Positions 1 through 15,291 of a stretch of DNA of 64,000 nucleotides are shown piece by piece. The stretch lies in assembly GCF_009914755.1 (NCBI RefSeq), contig NC_060928.1. One strand, written 5' to 3'. Each line of letters starts with the position of its first letter. Within the stretch, counting starts at the first letter, position 1. Made by a program: the position numbers and the translations under genes. Under the pieces are notes generated by a model. The model made no database searches, was not told the origin of the DNA, and was given only the letters and a program-made list of their open reading frames with translations. This stretch comes from the human T2T-CHM13v2.0 reference genome, Homo sapiens.

Positions 1-336
1 GGTCCCTGATCTTAATTCTGTTCACAGAACCCAAGCTTCTGATCACTATCCTACAGAAGATGGCACATCATGCATGCTAAATAAATGCTTGTTAATTGAA
101 TGAGCATATAACACAGAGAAATCAAGTGTTTGTCATTAAGTGCATTTAACAGATCACCATGCATAAATTTTTGCCCCAAATGTGTTCTGCAAAATATTGA
201 TTATTATGAATGGGATGGCTCTAAAATATCTTGGGCATCTCTCTGCCACCTTACTAGTGGGTAGAGGACAGTTTATCCTTAACTGATGACTGAGAATCAG
301 GAGCTAAGCTGCATGTCTTTGAACTACTTAATCTCT

Positions 337-801
337 GTATTAGTTTGCTAGTGCTGCTATAACAAAGTAAAACAAACTGAGAAGCATAAACAACAGAAAT
401 ATATTGTCTCACAGTTCTAGATGCAGGAAGTCCAAGATCAAAGCATCAGCAGGGTTAATTTCTTCTGAGAGTAGTAAGGAAGAATCTACTCCATGTCCCT
501 CCTCCCTAGCTTCTGGTGGTTTGCTGGCAATCTTGGTTTTCTTTAGCTTGCCAAAGCAACACCCCATATCTCTACCTTCAGGTCCACATGGCATCCCTCC
601 TGTGTGAGCCTGTGTTCAAAACTCTCCTTTTTATCAGGACAACAGTCACATTGGATTAAGGGCCCATAATTCTGCAGTATGACCTCATCTTAACTAATTA
701 TATCTTCAATGATCCTATATTCAAATAAAGTTGCATTCTGAAATATTGGGGGTTAGAACTTCAACATGTGAATTTAGGAGTGCATAATTCAACTGCTAAC
801 A
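337..801 (-). mobile_element. MaLR solo LTR, MLT1C/MLT1B-like
   Basis: Starts tgtattagtttgctagtgctgctataacaaag, contains tctcacagttctag..aagtccaagatcaa and cattggattaagggccc, ends ..aaca. This matches the reverse complement of MLT1 LTRs as recalled. Confidence 0.85.
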
Positions 802-808
802 GTCTCTT

Positions 809-1245
809 TTATTTATTTATTTATTTGCAGTTTAATAACTTTATTTGACACCGAGCAGTTAGTTCTCATTGAAATGAACTGTAGATTTTTGAAAGTGGTG
901 ACAGGCAAAATAGGTATACAGCCTGTTTGGCGAATCTTCATCTCATTGCTTTTCAGGACAGCCACCCAAGAGTACAAGATAGAACATTTCTTATTCCTTT
1001 ATGCCACACAGCTTTGTTGAGCCTGGTATCAATGCACACATCTGGAGCTCTCATCTCTTTCATGGAAAATTTCCAGATCTCTTTCAGTGCCCATAAGACC
1101 TACTACTTGAATCCCACTCCATGGATGCACCTCTAAATATTGATGGTGTATCCTCTGGCCACCTTCTTGTCGATGGCAAAATGGCCCTTCTTCTTGACTT
1201 TCTTTATGTGAGCTATTCTGCCAGGCTCAGGTTGGAAAGGAACCA
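809..1245 (-). pseudogene. RPL31 processed pseudogene (60S ribosomal protein L31)
   Basis: Minus strand translates in pieces to RPL31 motifs ([56 protein letters not shown]). Intronless, with a pyrimidine-rich 5' end (ttcctttccaac). Start codon mutated to ATA (1216-1214), stop at 861-859, AATAAA at 845-840, A-rich tail. 12-bp TSD taacagtctctt at 797-808 and 1246-1257. Confidence 0.95.
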
Positions 1246-2130
1246 TAACAGTCTCTTACATCTGAGACTTTGCACACGATGTTCCCCACACTTAGGATAC
1301 TCCACCCACCACTGTCCCCATCCTGACCTCCACATTCCTTTCAACTGACTAATTAACTGCTCACATCACTGCTACCATTTCCCTTCATTCAGGAAGCCTT
1401 CCCTGACCCAGGTCAATAAATGTCAGCTAGTGTGATGAATAATAATAACAGTAATAATAGCTGAGAAATATTAACCACCCTGAGTAGTCATGTGGCAATA
1501 AGAGAAAGCACTATTGAGACTTTTCAACGCTGCTCTGTGATCACTTGCTTTTTAATTCTTTTATCAGTCTTTTTTTACTTGCTTTTTCGTTATTTTATTT
1601 ATTAAAGAAATTAAGACTGTCAGTGAGCATTAGTGTGTTGCGTCTGTTGGCTTATTATTTTCCGGTCCATGTCTTTTTGTGATTACAGATCTATAGATCA
1701 TGTGTCTGATAGACTCCCTTTCTTCATTCCATACTTTGTGACTGAATCCAGGCAAGGCAAATCACTTTTAATTCTCATTTCCTCATCTCCAATCAGGATA
1801 AAATTCTTAGGCTGTAGAGTTGATGTGAGAATTAGAGATACAGCTAAGATAGTGCTGAAGTCATAATAGGCACTGAGGTACTCATTATTTGATATATTAT
1901 AGTAGTTAGGATTATTATTTATGAAATTAGAATTATTAATGTTTCTTCTACTCCACAATGTATCAAAGTAGAAAAGCACTGATCTGTTGGACTTATCTGT
2001 AAAATGAGAATAACAGGACTCTGAATGAGGCTCTTTCTTTGAGTCAATGTGTAAGGGTTCATGTACAGACCTCTGAAATCTACTGAGATTCTTTGGAAAC
2101 TCTCTTGACTTGTCTTTGACCATAATTTGA

Positions 2131-2481
<351 letters not shown>

Positions 2482-2682
2482 TAAATGTAATTTTATTTAA
2501 GATACACAGCATACAGATAAATATTGAAAGCAATAAAAATTCTACAACACCAGATAAACTTTCTAGAAGCAGACTTTTAAAGACCTCATTAAACATACTA
2601 AACATACTGTAATTTTACTTCTGCAGGAGGTAAAATGATTGTTTATCTAACTTGGAGAAGCCTTCCATTTCATCTTAAGTAA

Positions 2683-3044
<362 letters not shown>

Positions 3045-5189
3045 CACATAGTGCATATCCTTTAATACAACACACTTTGGTTTTGATGGGGTGGGGGCAG
3101 AATAGTGAAGCATACAGCATGACATCATTGAGGATCACAGGCCTGAATTCCCTCACTGCATTGCCCTGTGACCTCTGTCTCCCTTGTGAAGTGACAAGGT
3201 CGGTCTAAATCTTTCCTTCAGCTTTAGGATTTCAATGATTCTGTAAGTTTTCTCCAATAAGAGGTTGGTTTTGCAATAGAATTTTAAAGTCAGTTTGCCA
3301 ATGTATTCTATAGATAAAACTGAATTAGTAAGTGGACCTGTTCAAAGTCTCTCTCAACAATATGTATAATTTAATTAGCAGTTTAAAAAGTAGACCATTG
3401 ATTATTAGATCAGCCACCTGTAGAAAATATGCTTTTGTGCATTTTATGGTGTGATATTTTCTTTCAAAAGTGTTACTCTGTGTACATTATGTCATTTTGG
3501 TATAAATATTTTGTTTATCAGAGCATCTCATTGCCTAAACATATGAGACAAAAGATAATATGATTATCTTATATATTTTGATTAGATCTAGTGAAGTTAA
3601 AACTAATTTTTAAAAACCTAAATCTTGGGTTAATTTGATTCAAAGCAGTTTTAACCATAAATTTTTAAAATCTTACTAAGAATCTCTCATCTCTTTATTC
3701 ATACTCCTGGATGAAGCTAACAGATGCATATTCTTCAAGTGCAGTTCTGATTATGCATTTTTTTGAATGAATACATTTAATGGTTACCTTACTAGTTTTT
3801 CAATAAAATAACAACCTCTTAGCCTGGTAGTCAAGTCCATTTTATTTCTATCTTCATTTCTCCTCAGCATTAATTTTCATTATTTTTAATGCATCAAATA
3901 CATTTTCTAAGCCACCATTTCTTCATCTAGAGATTTGGATAATAACTTCTACATTTTAGGTAATTTTGAAGATTAAGAAAAATTAAATTTCTGTGGCCTA
4001 GGGTGAGTACTTAATAAACCACAATTATTGATTGTTATTATTATTTTTGAGACCCCATGATAAAAAGAATATGCTTACTTTAACAGAAGAAAACATGGTT
4101 TCAAGTCCTATACCTTACTTGTTATTCCTCATTTCAGGTAGGTTAATTAATCTTCCTGTGCTCTCATTTATTTATTTGTAAAGTGGTTATAGTAGATGAT
4201 TAATTAATAAGAGGATGGACTTAAATACTTGAGGAGAGGACTCTAGCTAAAAGCACCAACAAGAGTTTGTTTCCCTTTTCGTTTGTTCCATGTGTAGCCT
4301 ATATTTTAGCTATAGGTTAATCACCATTTGTTTACCATGTCTTTCCTTTCCTAACACTAAAAGTTTTCTCAGGCTAGTCCCTCAATCTACAATGTGCTCC
4401 TATATCCTATCTATCAATACTTTACCTAAGGCACAGCTGAGATATTTCCCTTATTTAAAGTCTTAGGATTTTTCCACCAGGAAATATCTTCCCTATCCTG
4501 TGTACCCTCTTTTATCTTTCCAAATATACTTGTATATGTCCTCCTTATTTATATATACCTCTTGCTTCCCTTACTTAGACTATAATACATGAAAGGCAGA
4601 GATGGGAGCATCATTCTTCATATCTCCTAAATGACCTTTCCCAATGGCTTGCAGATAAGAAACATTCAATAAACTTAGGTTAACTACACTATGATTTTTC
4701 TGTATACTTTGGTCTCTATTTTAAACTCCTTGTCTCCCTTCTAAAGTAATTTCTACATTTAGGGACATTTCACATCAAGCAGAATATATAACATATTTTT
4801 ACTTTCCATTGATCTACCCACATATCTTTTCAAATCTTCCCTGAAGTTGTGCTATCATAGGTAGTCACAGATGACAGTTGGAAAAGACAAGAGTAAGTGC
4901 AGCTCAGGGGAATTTCAATAGTAGACTAACATGCCCTACTTCTGGCATCTGAGAAAAAAACAGCAAGAAATGAGAAAGACAGCACTGTTAACTTGGACCT
5001 GGAGGTTAGAGTGGGCTCATGAGATGTGGGGTTCTCTGTCCACTACTCTAAATTGTTAATGCTATCCTTAAACAGGTCCAAGAATCTATGCTTGAAAATT
5101 AGTTCCCTTTTCTAGTGGTGGTTGTAGTGATGACAGCGATACTTGTTATTTTCATTTATGTAGCAATTTCACTTATATATATCTCATTT

Positions 5190-5908
5190 TGACATGGACA
5201 GGAGGCAGGGAAATACTGGTTAGAAAAGGGAGGTTCCCTAGAAAAGGCCCCACCCTCAAGCCTGGAAACTTGCAGCCCTAAATGAGAATAAGCATTCCTG
5301 TTTTCGTGCCCAAATGTTGCCTTTTCCAAGACCACTCTGGCCTGCCATGCCCCTATTCTGTGCCCATATAAACCCCAAGCTCCATAGGCAGAGCAGCAGA
5401 GCAGTGTAGCAGAGAAGGAAAGAAGAGAGGAAGTGTCTGAACACATCAAGAGAAGTTCTTCTGGGACGACAGGCAAGGACATCAGCCACGGGACGGCTGA
5501 ACTCAGGGGAACATCATCTGTCCACTCCATCTCCTTTCCAGCTCCCCATCCCATTTAGAGCCACCTCCTTCACTCAATAAAATCCCCACATTCACCATTC
5601 TTCAAGTTTGTGTGACCTGATTCTTCCTGGACACTGGACAAGAATTTGGGAGGCAGTGGGTACGGGAACCCAAAAAGGCTGTCACACTGACTCTTCACTG
5701 AGCCGCTTAACACTTAAGCCATTCTTGGATAGCTGGGCTAAAAGAGCACTGTAGCACTCCTGGACACTGCCATGGGTCTGGAGCCCAAAAGTGCTCACTC
5801 TGGCTCCTGCACCTGCTCACTTGTGTGCTCCCCCTCCCATAAGGGGTTTGAGCATGCCACATCCACGTCACAAGTCCCACAAGGGGGTCAGGGAACTCTC
5901 CCATTTCA
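5190..5908 (+). mobile_element. ERV1 solo LTR (LTR1/LTR27/LTR28 group)
   Basis: TG..CA termini. Begins tgacatggacaggaggcagggaaatactgg. TATA-like catataaa near 5366, AATAAA near 5576. 4-bp TSD attt at 5186-5189 and 5909-5912. Confidence 0.88.
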
Positions 5909-8270
5909 ATTTGAATAGCAATCCAGTTCTCAGAGGTAGTTGTTATTACATCTATCTTACCTATGAGAACACTGTGGCTCAGAGTGATGAGCCAAATTGG
6001 CCAGAGTGACTAAGACACTCATCCGATAGAAGATTCTAGACAAAATCTCTTCTCCTGCCCCCACCCTCCACCCTCCATCTAGTTCACTGCCCTCGATAGG
6101 TTCTTTTATCCCTTCACTTTTTAACTGGCATCTCTGAAATGCTGAGGGGCAAAAAATGAAAGAAAAGATAAAATACTAGTGCCAAAGGCAAAGAAGAAAA
6201 TACCAAACAATTTTAGTGTAAAAGTAACTAAACGTCCTTATTTCTATTAAAAAATTAGCTTAGATCGGAACTATATAAGGCAGTTTTCTCGCTGTAAGAG
6301 AAAATTTTCAGTTGCTGTAAAGGGTGACACAATGCGACCCAAGTGATCTGTAGACATTTTAAAAACAGGGCTGAGTCCAAAGTGCCTTTTCAGAAAGGTG
6401 TTAGGGCTTCCTCACACCACCTGGACAAAGGGGTATTTGCTTGTAAGCAACCTCTACAAGGGTATTTCATACACCCTGTGTCCTCCACAATCTGAAGCTT
6501 AAAGAAATACAAAGCAGAGTCAGCGGTGCCCTGGGATGTTTCTGACTTTACAGGTCTGTCGAGCTTGGGAAGATACTGACATTTGTTATATTTTTCTTAA
6601 AGCCTTTTCCAGTAATAAAAAGTACATCTTCTCTTCATTTCTACCAGATGTATTTTTATTTTTGTCCATAAAAAATGTCCAAAGTCACACAGTTTACAAT
6701 CTGAATGCAGTGATTCCTCCGTACCAATACATATCACAGAATAAAATAAAAGTTGCTCACTGGCCTGAAAGATGGGCTACCATAACATCTGCCTACAAAG
6801 TGATTTGCTAAACAGCATTGGAAATGCATATCCCATTAAAAATGTAGCATTAGGGAATTCATCCAGAATAATGACAGAAGCACAAAAGCAGGATTAATTA
6901 GAACCCTATTTCTTTCTACTTAGGCCTCCTATGTAACATTATCTTCATATAATTTTGTTTTGTGGTCTAAAATAATTGTTTCTATATAAAAATGATTGTA
7001 ATAGCTTTGCAGTTGTATGTGTTCACTCTTAAAAACCACAGACTTCATACACAGAATTACTAGAAAAACTAAAGTATTAACCAAGAAAAAGATTCAGGCT
7101 GGTACTGGACACATAAATATTGTTTTATCAGGAAAAAAGAGGAGAATTTGGAGAGATGTTACACCAACATCCTCCAGCATTTCATGTTTTCCAATGGAAA
7201 CTGAAACAGTGTTTCTAATAACTTGATTCTAGGGTTATTTTACAAAGAAAATAAAATGCAAAGATATATTTTACATCAATAATTTGAATTATACAAAAAA
7301 GAAGAAACTATTGATCATTTTCTTAGAATGTTACTATAATAGCTATTTCCCTAGAAGAGGTTTCAATGCAGTCAAATTTTGATCAGGCAAGTGGGAGAAG
7401 GTTAAGACCTTAGAGGCCTATTTCAGGATATCAGGGAAAAGGAAACTTGTAAAATAATTGTAAATCAGTTTTCTAAACTGATAATGTAGCCCTTATCGAT
7501 AATGGTTTCTAACTTACTAATATTCTTGATTCTTTTGAGAAAAGAAGTTATCGATGACATTAAATGGATGACATTACTTAAATGTCATCAAATGGTTAAT
7601 GGATGACATTAAAATGTGTATCAAGGTGATTGTGGCCTTCTTTTTTAAATAAAAATTTTTCCTAAAGTGTGTAGATTGTTGAGGATTGTCTGCTTACTGT
7701 GAAAAGCTGATGCCTGTCCACAAGGGTAGCTTGGAGGTGCCCATCGGAGGAACATGGGGAGCGGAGTGTAAGCCTTTGGGAGCACCGTGCTATGACTGCA
7801 GATGCTCCCTGGCTGCTCAGAGCCTAGCTGTGACTAAGCCAAGGCTACTCTACTACCTGCTTTCTTCATGTCTTCAATGGCTTAGGACTGGCTTCATAAC
7901 TAGCTTCTGGTTGTTGCTCACTGACCCACACAGGCCTTGAACCTGTGATCCTGACCTTGCTTGTTCTAAGGCCTAATAACTATGAGTGGTGTCTAATACT
8001 CACTGATTCTTGAAAGGTCCTGTAGAACCCAATAAGCTTCCCTCAGGCACTTCTGCACACACTCTGGGACATCCTTTCAGCAAGTCCATTCCAGAGGAGT
8101 TTGACATCTACAAAACAGAAATCCCCATGCTAGATCCTTATACAGCTTCCAAAATCTCATTCTCACAACAGCACTATTTTGTTGGTATGATATCCAAGGT
8201 AAAGAATGATGTTGCAACTTCCTCAGAGTCACAGTGCTAAATAACTTCAGAGCTAGAATTCAAACTTAGG

Positions 8271-8599
<329 letters not shown>

Positions 8600-11500
8600 T
8601 GATACCTCTATTGCTAATGCTCCTAAACTGCACAGCAGTTCTGTGAACTAGTCACATTTAAACCACCTGCAAATGCTCTGCAGTAGATACACCTGTCAAG
8701 CAAAAAACAGAGGCAACCGAAACAAACACTCTCCCTAACCTACTTCTTAAACAGAGACAAAAAAAAAAAATAGGAACCAGAGAAAGCAATTATTCCCATA
8801 GCATATTTAAACCAGATAAATATTTCTGCTTGCCATCTTGCAATTTGAAAGTTGGAAATGGCTTATGGTGAGTTAAAGAGTTTGGAATGTGGGCCTATCT
8901 AGGAAGATAGCAAAGTCGTTAAAAGTGAAGTTTCTGAGGTCAGGCACCTCAGTTTATCTTCTAGCTTTGTTGTTTATGATCTAGGTGGCTTTAGGCAGTT
9001 TGCTTAATCTCCTGTCTCTCAGTTGCTTCCCAGATATACACTCGAGAGTTGAAAAATAACATTCTTAATATAATTCCTGTTCCTTCATCTCACCATGCCA
9101 CCTATAGTCTATTTTTTAAATGCCTATGGACTATTTTTTAAATGCCTACTGTGAAGACTTTTGTGCATTGCACAACTTTATGGCATTGTTTTTGCATTAA
9201 ATGTTTTCCATATATAATTATAAAATTATCACAATAGTTGTTGTGACATGATTTGGTACTTCTTTAATTTTTAATAAAAGCCTAAAAAATGAAAATGGCT
9301 TGAATTTCCAGGTCTTGGAAAGTCCTGACTTAAATTCATGGATGCTTAATTTATCTGTCACATGATCTATTAATGGCTATCATATAGTATTTTTGGTGAA
9401 GATTAAATAAAATAGGACGTGAGGACCAGCACAATGTCTGACATATAGTGGGCTCTCAATAAATCACTTCTGTTATTTTTCAGAAAGAAATAATTTTTTA
9501 AAGCTTTATCGCTGGTCCTCTGATTAGCCAGCATACCCCCAAAGTTCAGGAAATATATGGAAAGTGAAAATTTTATAACTTCTGGAAACCTCCTCCATGT
9601 CCAGGACCTTCCTCTGGGTAAAACAGAGGAAGATTTGTTTTCATGAACCTTTCTTTCTCTTTAACATTTAGAGGTCGTGGGCAGAGAAGCCTTAGAAGAC
9701 AGAAATTTAATTCAAAGACTAAATGCATAGGAATGGAATATTGTAGTAGGTGATATATTGCTAAAAAACCTAACTTTAAAAAGTAATTGCCAACTTAAAA
9801 AGAAGTCAGGAAAAGCTGAGGAATGGTTACTACTGTCTTTTCTATCACAGGGCACCCCCCCCCCTCATTTTATACATGTATTTTCTTGTAAAAGTTAATC
9901 AACACAAATGTAAAAACTAAAATAAGTCAAGGCTCTAAGAAGCACAGATAGGAACATTTCAAACAAAGTGTACCTGACTAGTAGGCACCCAGCCAGCTGG
10001 CCTTTCCTACAAAGGAATTTTTTAGGAGTATTGTGTAGTGCTGTCTGCAATGAACAAGATAGCATATCATAAGGGCGTATCAGGCATTTGGCAAAACTTG
10101 TGCTGGGGCCCAACTATGCTGGATACAGAATTCTCTCTGTTATCCAGGTCTTTATTTCCCACTTGCAGGACCATCTGCAGCCAACTCCCTATATCCCCTG
10201 AAGCCTTCATCCTTCCTCTGACCATACATGGCGCCCCTTTGGCCTTTTGTCATTTTCAATTATTGTGAACCCAGGAAGGTGGAAACTAACTTTAATATCT
10301 GCTGTAAGAAAACATAACAAGAAATATAAATCTATTAATTTCAAAAAATCAGTGATTAAAGCCAATTTATTTTCCTTGGCTGACATTTTCCTTCAAGGAT
10401 TTCTCTGTTGCTCCTGCCTATAGAAGAATTTTAGTTTCCCTTCAAACATTCTACTGGTGCCAAGTTAAGAAGTTACCTGAAAGAGAATGCATAAAAATCA
10501 AGTTGAAATGTCTCAGCTTTGTTCCTTTTTAAAAGATGAAGACATAGTGCATTACTTAGGTAACACTGCTTCTCTGATTCAGTGGGACAGCTTGATGAGA
10601 AGATATATGATACTTTGTACATAACCGTTGTTTTCTTTTTGTCATCAATAAATTGAATCTTGACTTCATTAGAGCCTATCCAAATGCATCATTGCAACGG
10701 ATCATCTCCCCACATTACTGTATCCATTATGTGTAGAGCAAGTTCATCCAATTTCCCCAACAGTTTATGAGAGAAAAGAACAAATTAAAAAGGCCTACTC
10801 TCTTACATATCAGGATGATTTATGCCAGTGTGTCAGCACACGTATTTATATTTTCTCTGGCCCTTCTATTTGCTTAATATATGAAGGAGGAAAGTTAATA
10901 TTCTTCTGAAAAACTCTGTTCTGGTCTCTACTGATTTGAACATAAAGTTCAAAAGGAGATGATATCTTATAAAGACTCTAAGCTTACTGCATTAAATTAA
11001 CAATACTAATCTCTGTGTTTCACATGGTACTTATGCAGAGCAGCTTTATAGACATTAAATGAAAAAAAAATGCCAAAGCTGTCTTTTATATGAAAAGCAA
11101 GAATAGAACCTTCTCTACATGTCCCTTCAAGTCTTTTTAAAAGATATGCTTCAGCTAGTGGTGGTGAATAAGGGGGAGGAAAGAGAGCCACATTGAATGG
11201 GTTCTTCTCCTGCTTACCTTTCTTCAACTTCAGACCTTTCTAAATCCCACTGACCTGGAGGGAATAAACAGAGAAGAAAGAAGCATAGCAAGAAGTAGAA
11301 GGAGAAATAGACAACCATTCAAAAATGTTTTAAAAAATCATCAATTACCAATCTCAGGAACTCTGGGAAGGAAACTAGACAACTATAACATTAGAAAATC
11401 CAGTTATACTCCCCTTCCAGACACACCCCATGGAGAAACTTGAAGAGGAAAGAGACGAAGCCAACTTCAGCCTCAAACAATTTTGCCCATGACATCAGAA

Positions 11501-12317
11501 GATGGTAGGACATGAAAGGGGAAAACTGCAGGAAGATCTCATAATTCTATAGACCTTAGGAAAATTCCGGCTCATCTCACATTAGTTTTCCAATTCTCCT
11601 TTTCCCATTTGTCTATGGAGATAGGATATTTGAGCAGTCCCAACCACCTCTATTCTTGATTTCACATGTCCGTTAATTCAAAAACCATGTACTGAAAATC
11701 TCTCACATGCTCTGCTAGGATTAATAAAGACATCACACACAAACAATGTCACTGCTAAGCTTATTGGGCTCAAGGTCTCACAAGGTATGTGAGAGAGGAT
11801 GTTGGAGACAGAGCCAGGAATAGAAAGCTATAACAGTGATATGATATAAGTATGCATCAGGTGCTGTGAGATTCCACTCAAACAGTTTGTCCAGACATGA
11901 TATTTTTGTAATAAAATTTCAAGTCTATGATGATTGCCTAGCTGCACAGATAAGTCTTTTTCCAGAATAAAAGATAAGCCAACAATGACCACTTCCTTAT
12001 TCCACAAATTGTTAGTCTCCATAGTAAGGTATGGAACAAAGTCTGGAAGGAAAATATTATGAAGAATTGCGAATAATGCTTCTACTTACTTATTTTTGGG
12101 AGAATTAAGCTAAAGCTTAATGAATTGTATTGAATGCCACTGAATCACATTGGAAATTGATGGAAGAAAAGGAAGTTCTACGGTGGGACAGGCGGTGCAG
12201 CAAGCTGCCCATCATTGTACAGAGGTTCCCCTTCAGTACTCTGCAGCATCTTCTAGTTTGTGTGTACCTTGGTTAACTTGATAGATAGATCACACTATTT
12301 AGCATAGTATCTCACTC

Positions 12318-12706
12318 CAATCAATGCCTGTCAATAATAGACTGGATAAAGAAAATGTGGTACATATATATACCATGGAATACTATGCAACCATAAAAAG
12401 GAATGAGATCATGTCCTTTGCAGGGACACGGATGAAGCTGGAAGCCATTATCCTCAGCAAACAAACACAGGAACAGAAAACCAAACACCGCATGTTCTCA
12501 CTCATAAGTGGGAGTTGAACAATGAGAACACATGGACACAGAGAGGGGAACGTCACACCAGGGCCTATTGGGCAGTGGGGGGTGAGGAGAGGGAACTTAG
12601 AGGATGGGTCAACAGGTTCAGCAAACCACCATGGCACAGGTATACCTATGTAACAAACCTACACGTTCTGCACATATATCCCGGTTTTTTTTAGAAGAAA
12701 AAAAAA
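12318..12706 (+). mobile_element. L1 3' end (L1PA11/12-like), 5'-truncated
   Basis: ORF2 C-terminal remnant (YTMEYYATIKRNEIMSFAGT.MKLEAIILSK), then 3'UTR and A tail. Confidence 0.9.
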
Positions 12707-13185
12707 CTGCTGTATTAAGGCATAGATAAGAGGGAAACTGCATGTCATCATTTACTAAGCACAAGGTATGATGTGCTTCTTACATTTTTATGAAGATATT
12801 TATGTGAAAACTTTTTCAATCATTAAAAGCGGGTATAAAACTGAAATTAGAACTAAGTTCTGAATTGACATGTATCAAGATTTTCAAAAATAATTAAGTA
12901 CATATAATCAAGCTGCCCTCACTAAAATTACTACAAATATTCTATTATTATATACAAGAAGATAACAATATGCAATATATACAATTCTAACATGTTAATG
13001 AGAGCTAAAACTTTCTTTGATAATCCACAAAAGTATTCAAATATTTAATTTTTTATCAACCTTAACATTTTATATTTCAGTTTCTCTATGTTTTGGACAC
13101 AATATTTTAGCAGAGTAATACAATTTACTTATAATTTATAAATAAATAAACACAGTGAGAAGTATATACTCTCTATATCTACATA

Positions 13186-13968
13186 CAGTTGAACCTTAAA
13201 CAATTTATATTTGAACTGCATGGGCCCACTTGCGGATTGTTTTCAATAAAAGTTATACCAAATGCGCCTGCCTCTCCCGTCTCTCCTTCTAGTTCCTACA
13301 GCTCTGCCACTTTGCCTAAAAATCAGCAAGACCACCTGCCTGCTTCTCCTCCTCCTCAGCCTACTCAATGTAAAGACAATCAAGAGGAATACTTTTATGA
13401 TAATCCACTTTCACTTAATGCATAGTAGACATTTTCTCTTTCTTATGATTTTCCCTGCCTCCCTCCCTCCCTCCCTTCCTTCCTTCCTTCCAAGACAGGG
13501 TCACCTAGGCTGGAGTGCATTGTTGCAAACATAGCTTGCTGCAGCCTCGACCTCCCGAGCTCAGGTGATCCTCCTTCCCAGCCTCCTGTGTAGCTGGGAC
13601 CACAGGTGCGTGCCAACGTAGAGACAGAGTCTCACTTTGTTGCCCAGGCTGTTTTCAAATTCCTGGGCCCAAACAATCCTCTGGCCTTGGCCTCCCAAAG
13701 TGCTAGGATTACAGGCATGAGACACCATGCCCAGCCATAATTTTCTTAATAACATTTTCTTTTCTTTAACTAATTTACTGTAAGAATACAACATACAATA
13801 CATGTAACATATAAAATACATGTTAATCAACTGAATATATTATCAGTAAGCCTTTTGGTCAACAGCAGACAACCAGTAGTTAAGTTTGGGGGAGTCAAAA
13901 GTTTTATGTGGATTTTTGACTGTGCTGAGATGGGCACTCCTAAACCCACATTGTTTAGGAGTCAACTG
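13186..13968 (+). mobile_element. Tigger2-type non-autonomous DNA transposon (Tigger2a/2b-like), interrupted by an Alu
   Basis: Terminal inverted repeats cagttgaaccttaaacaa / ttgtttaggagtcaactg, TA at the left end, internal ctcctcctcctcagcctactcaatg motif. Confidence 0.85.
13454..13736 (-). mobile_element. AluJ with deleted middle linker and tail converted to (CCCT/CCTT)n
   Basis: AluJ-type gcagcctcgacctcc..ctca. TSD atgattttc (13445-13453) / ataattttc (13737-13745). Confidence 0.9.
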
Positions 13969-14570
13969 TCTTTTTAAATTTATAGAGCAGATAATGCAAA
14001 GTATGATGACCCCTATCATTAAAGAAGAAACTGAGGCACAAAGATGCCCACTCTAATAATTACATACCATTTTCTTTTTACTCCATTACCAATTACCATA
14101 ATCTTACCACTATTTGTTTGCTATGCACGAGCTTTTCATGAACATAAACACCAAGGCTGAAAGCATTTGGGGTGAAATATATGTCCCCTCCTCTGTTTGA
14201 TATTACTGAAAAAGAATCTATTTGGGAGAAGACGGAAATTTTCAAAGTAAAATGGGTGAACTGTTAGCAATGATAAAAATTATACCTATACCTTGGGAGA
14301 CGGAAAGATTTTCATGACAACCTTATTTTAAATAATTCTTAAGTTTACATTTTCTAATCTTCCATAAGCATATTTATCTATTCAGGAATATTTGTTAGTT
14401 TTTTATATAAAATACTCATAAATGATAGAAAAATTAATTATCTTCGCTTAAGATTTGCTACCAAATTGAAAAAGGCACATATCTGAAACGGGATGAGAAA
14501 GCAACACAACAAACATGTTTCCTAATGATGAAATACAACGTTGCTATTAAACTTAGAGAATAAAAACAAT

Positions 14571-14918
14571 CGCAGCCATAAAAAATGATGAGTTCATGGC
14601 CTTTGTAGGGACATGGATGAAATTGGAAATCATCATTCTCAGTAAACTATCGCAAGAACAAAAAACCAAACACTGCATATCCTCACTCATAGGTGGGAAT
14701 TGAACAATGAGATCACATGGACACAGGAAGGGGAATATCACACTCTGGGGACTGTGGTGGGGTCGGGGGAGGGGGGAGGGATAGCATTGGGAGATATACC
14801 TAATGCTAGATGACGAGTTAGTGAGTGCAGCGCACCAGCATGGCACATGTATACATATGTAACTAACCTGCACAATGTGCACATGTACCCTAAAACTTAA
14901 AGTATAATAAAAAAAAAA
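14571..14918 (+). mobile_element. Young L1 3' end (L1PA2/old L1HS, GAG/A type)
   Basis: Near-consensus ORF2 end and 3'UTR. GAG at the diagnostic site 14815-14817, aaagtataat terminus, imperfect TSD aaaaa(c/a)aatcg. Confidence 0.93.
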
Positions 14919-14951
14919 TCGATCATATTGAAGTTCAGTTTTGTACTTTAA

Positions 14952-15291
<340 letters not shown>

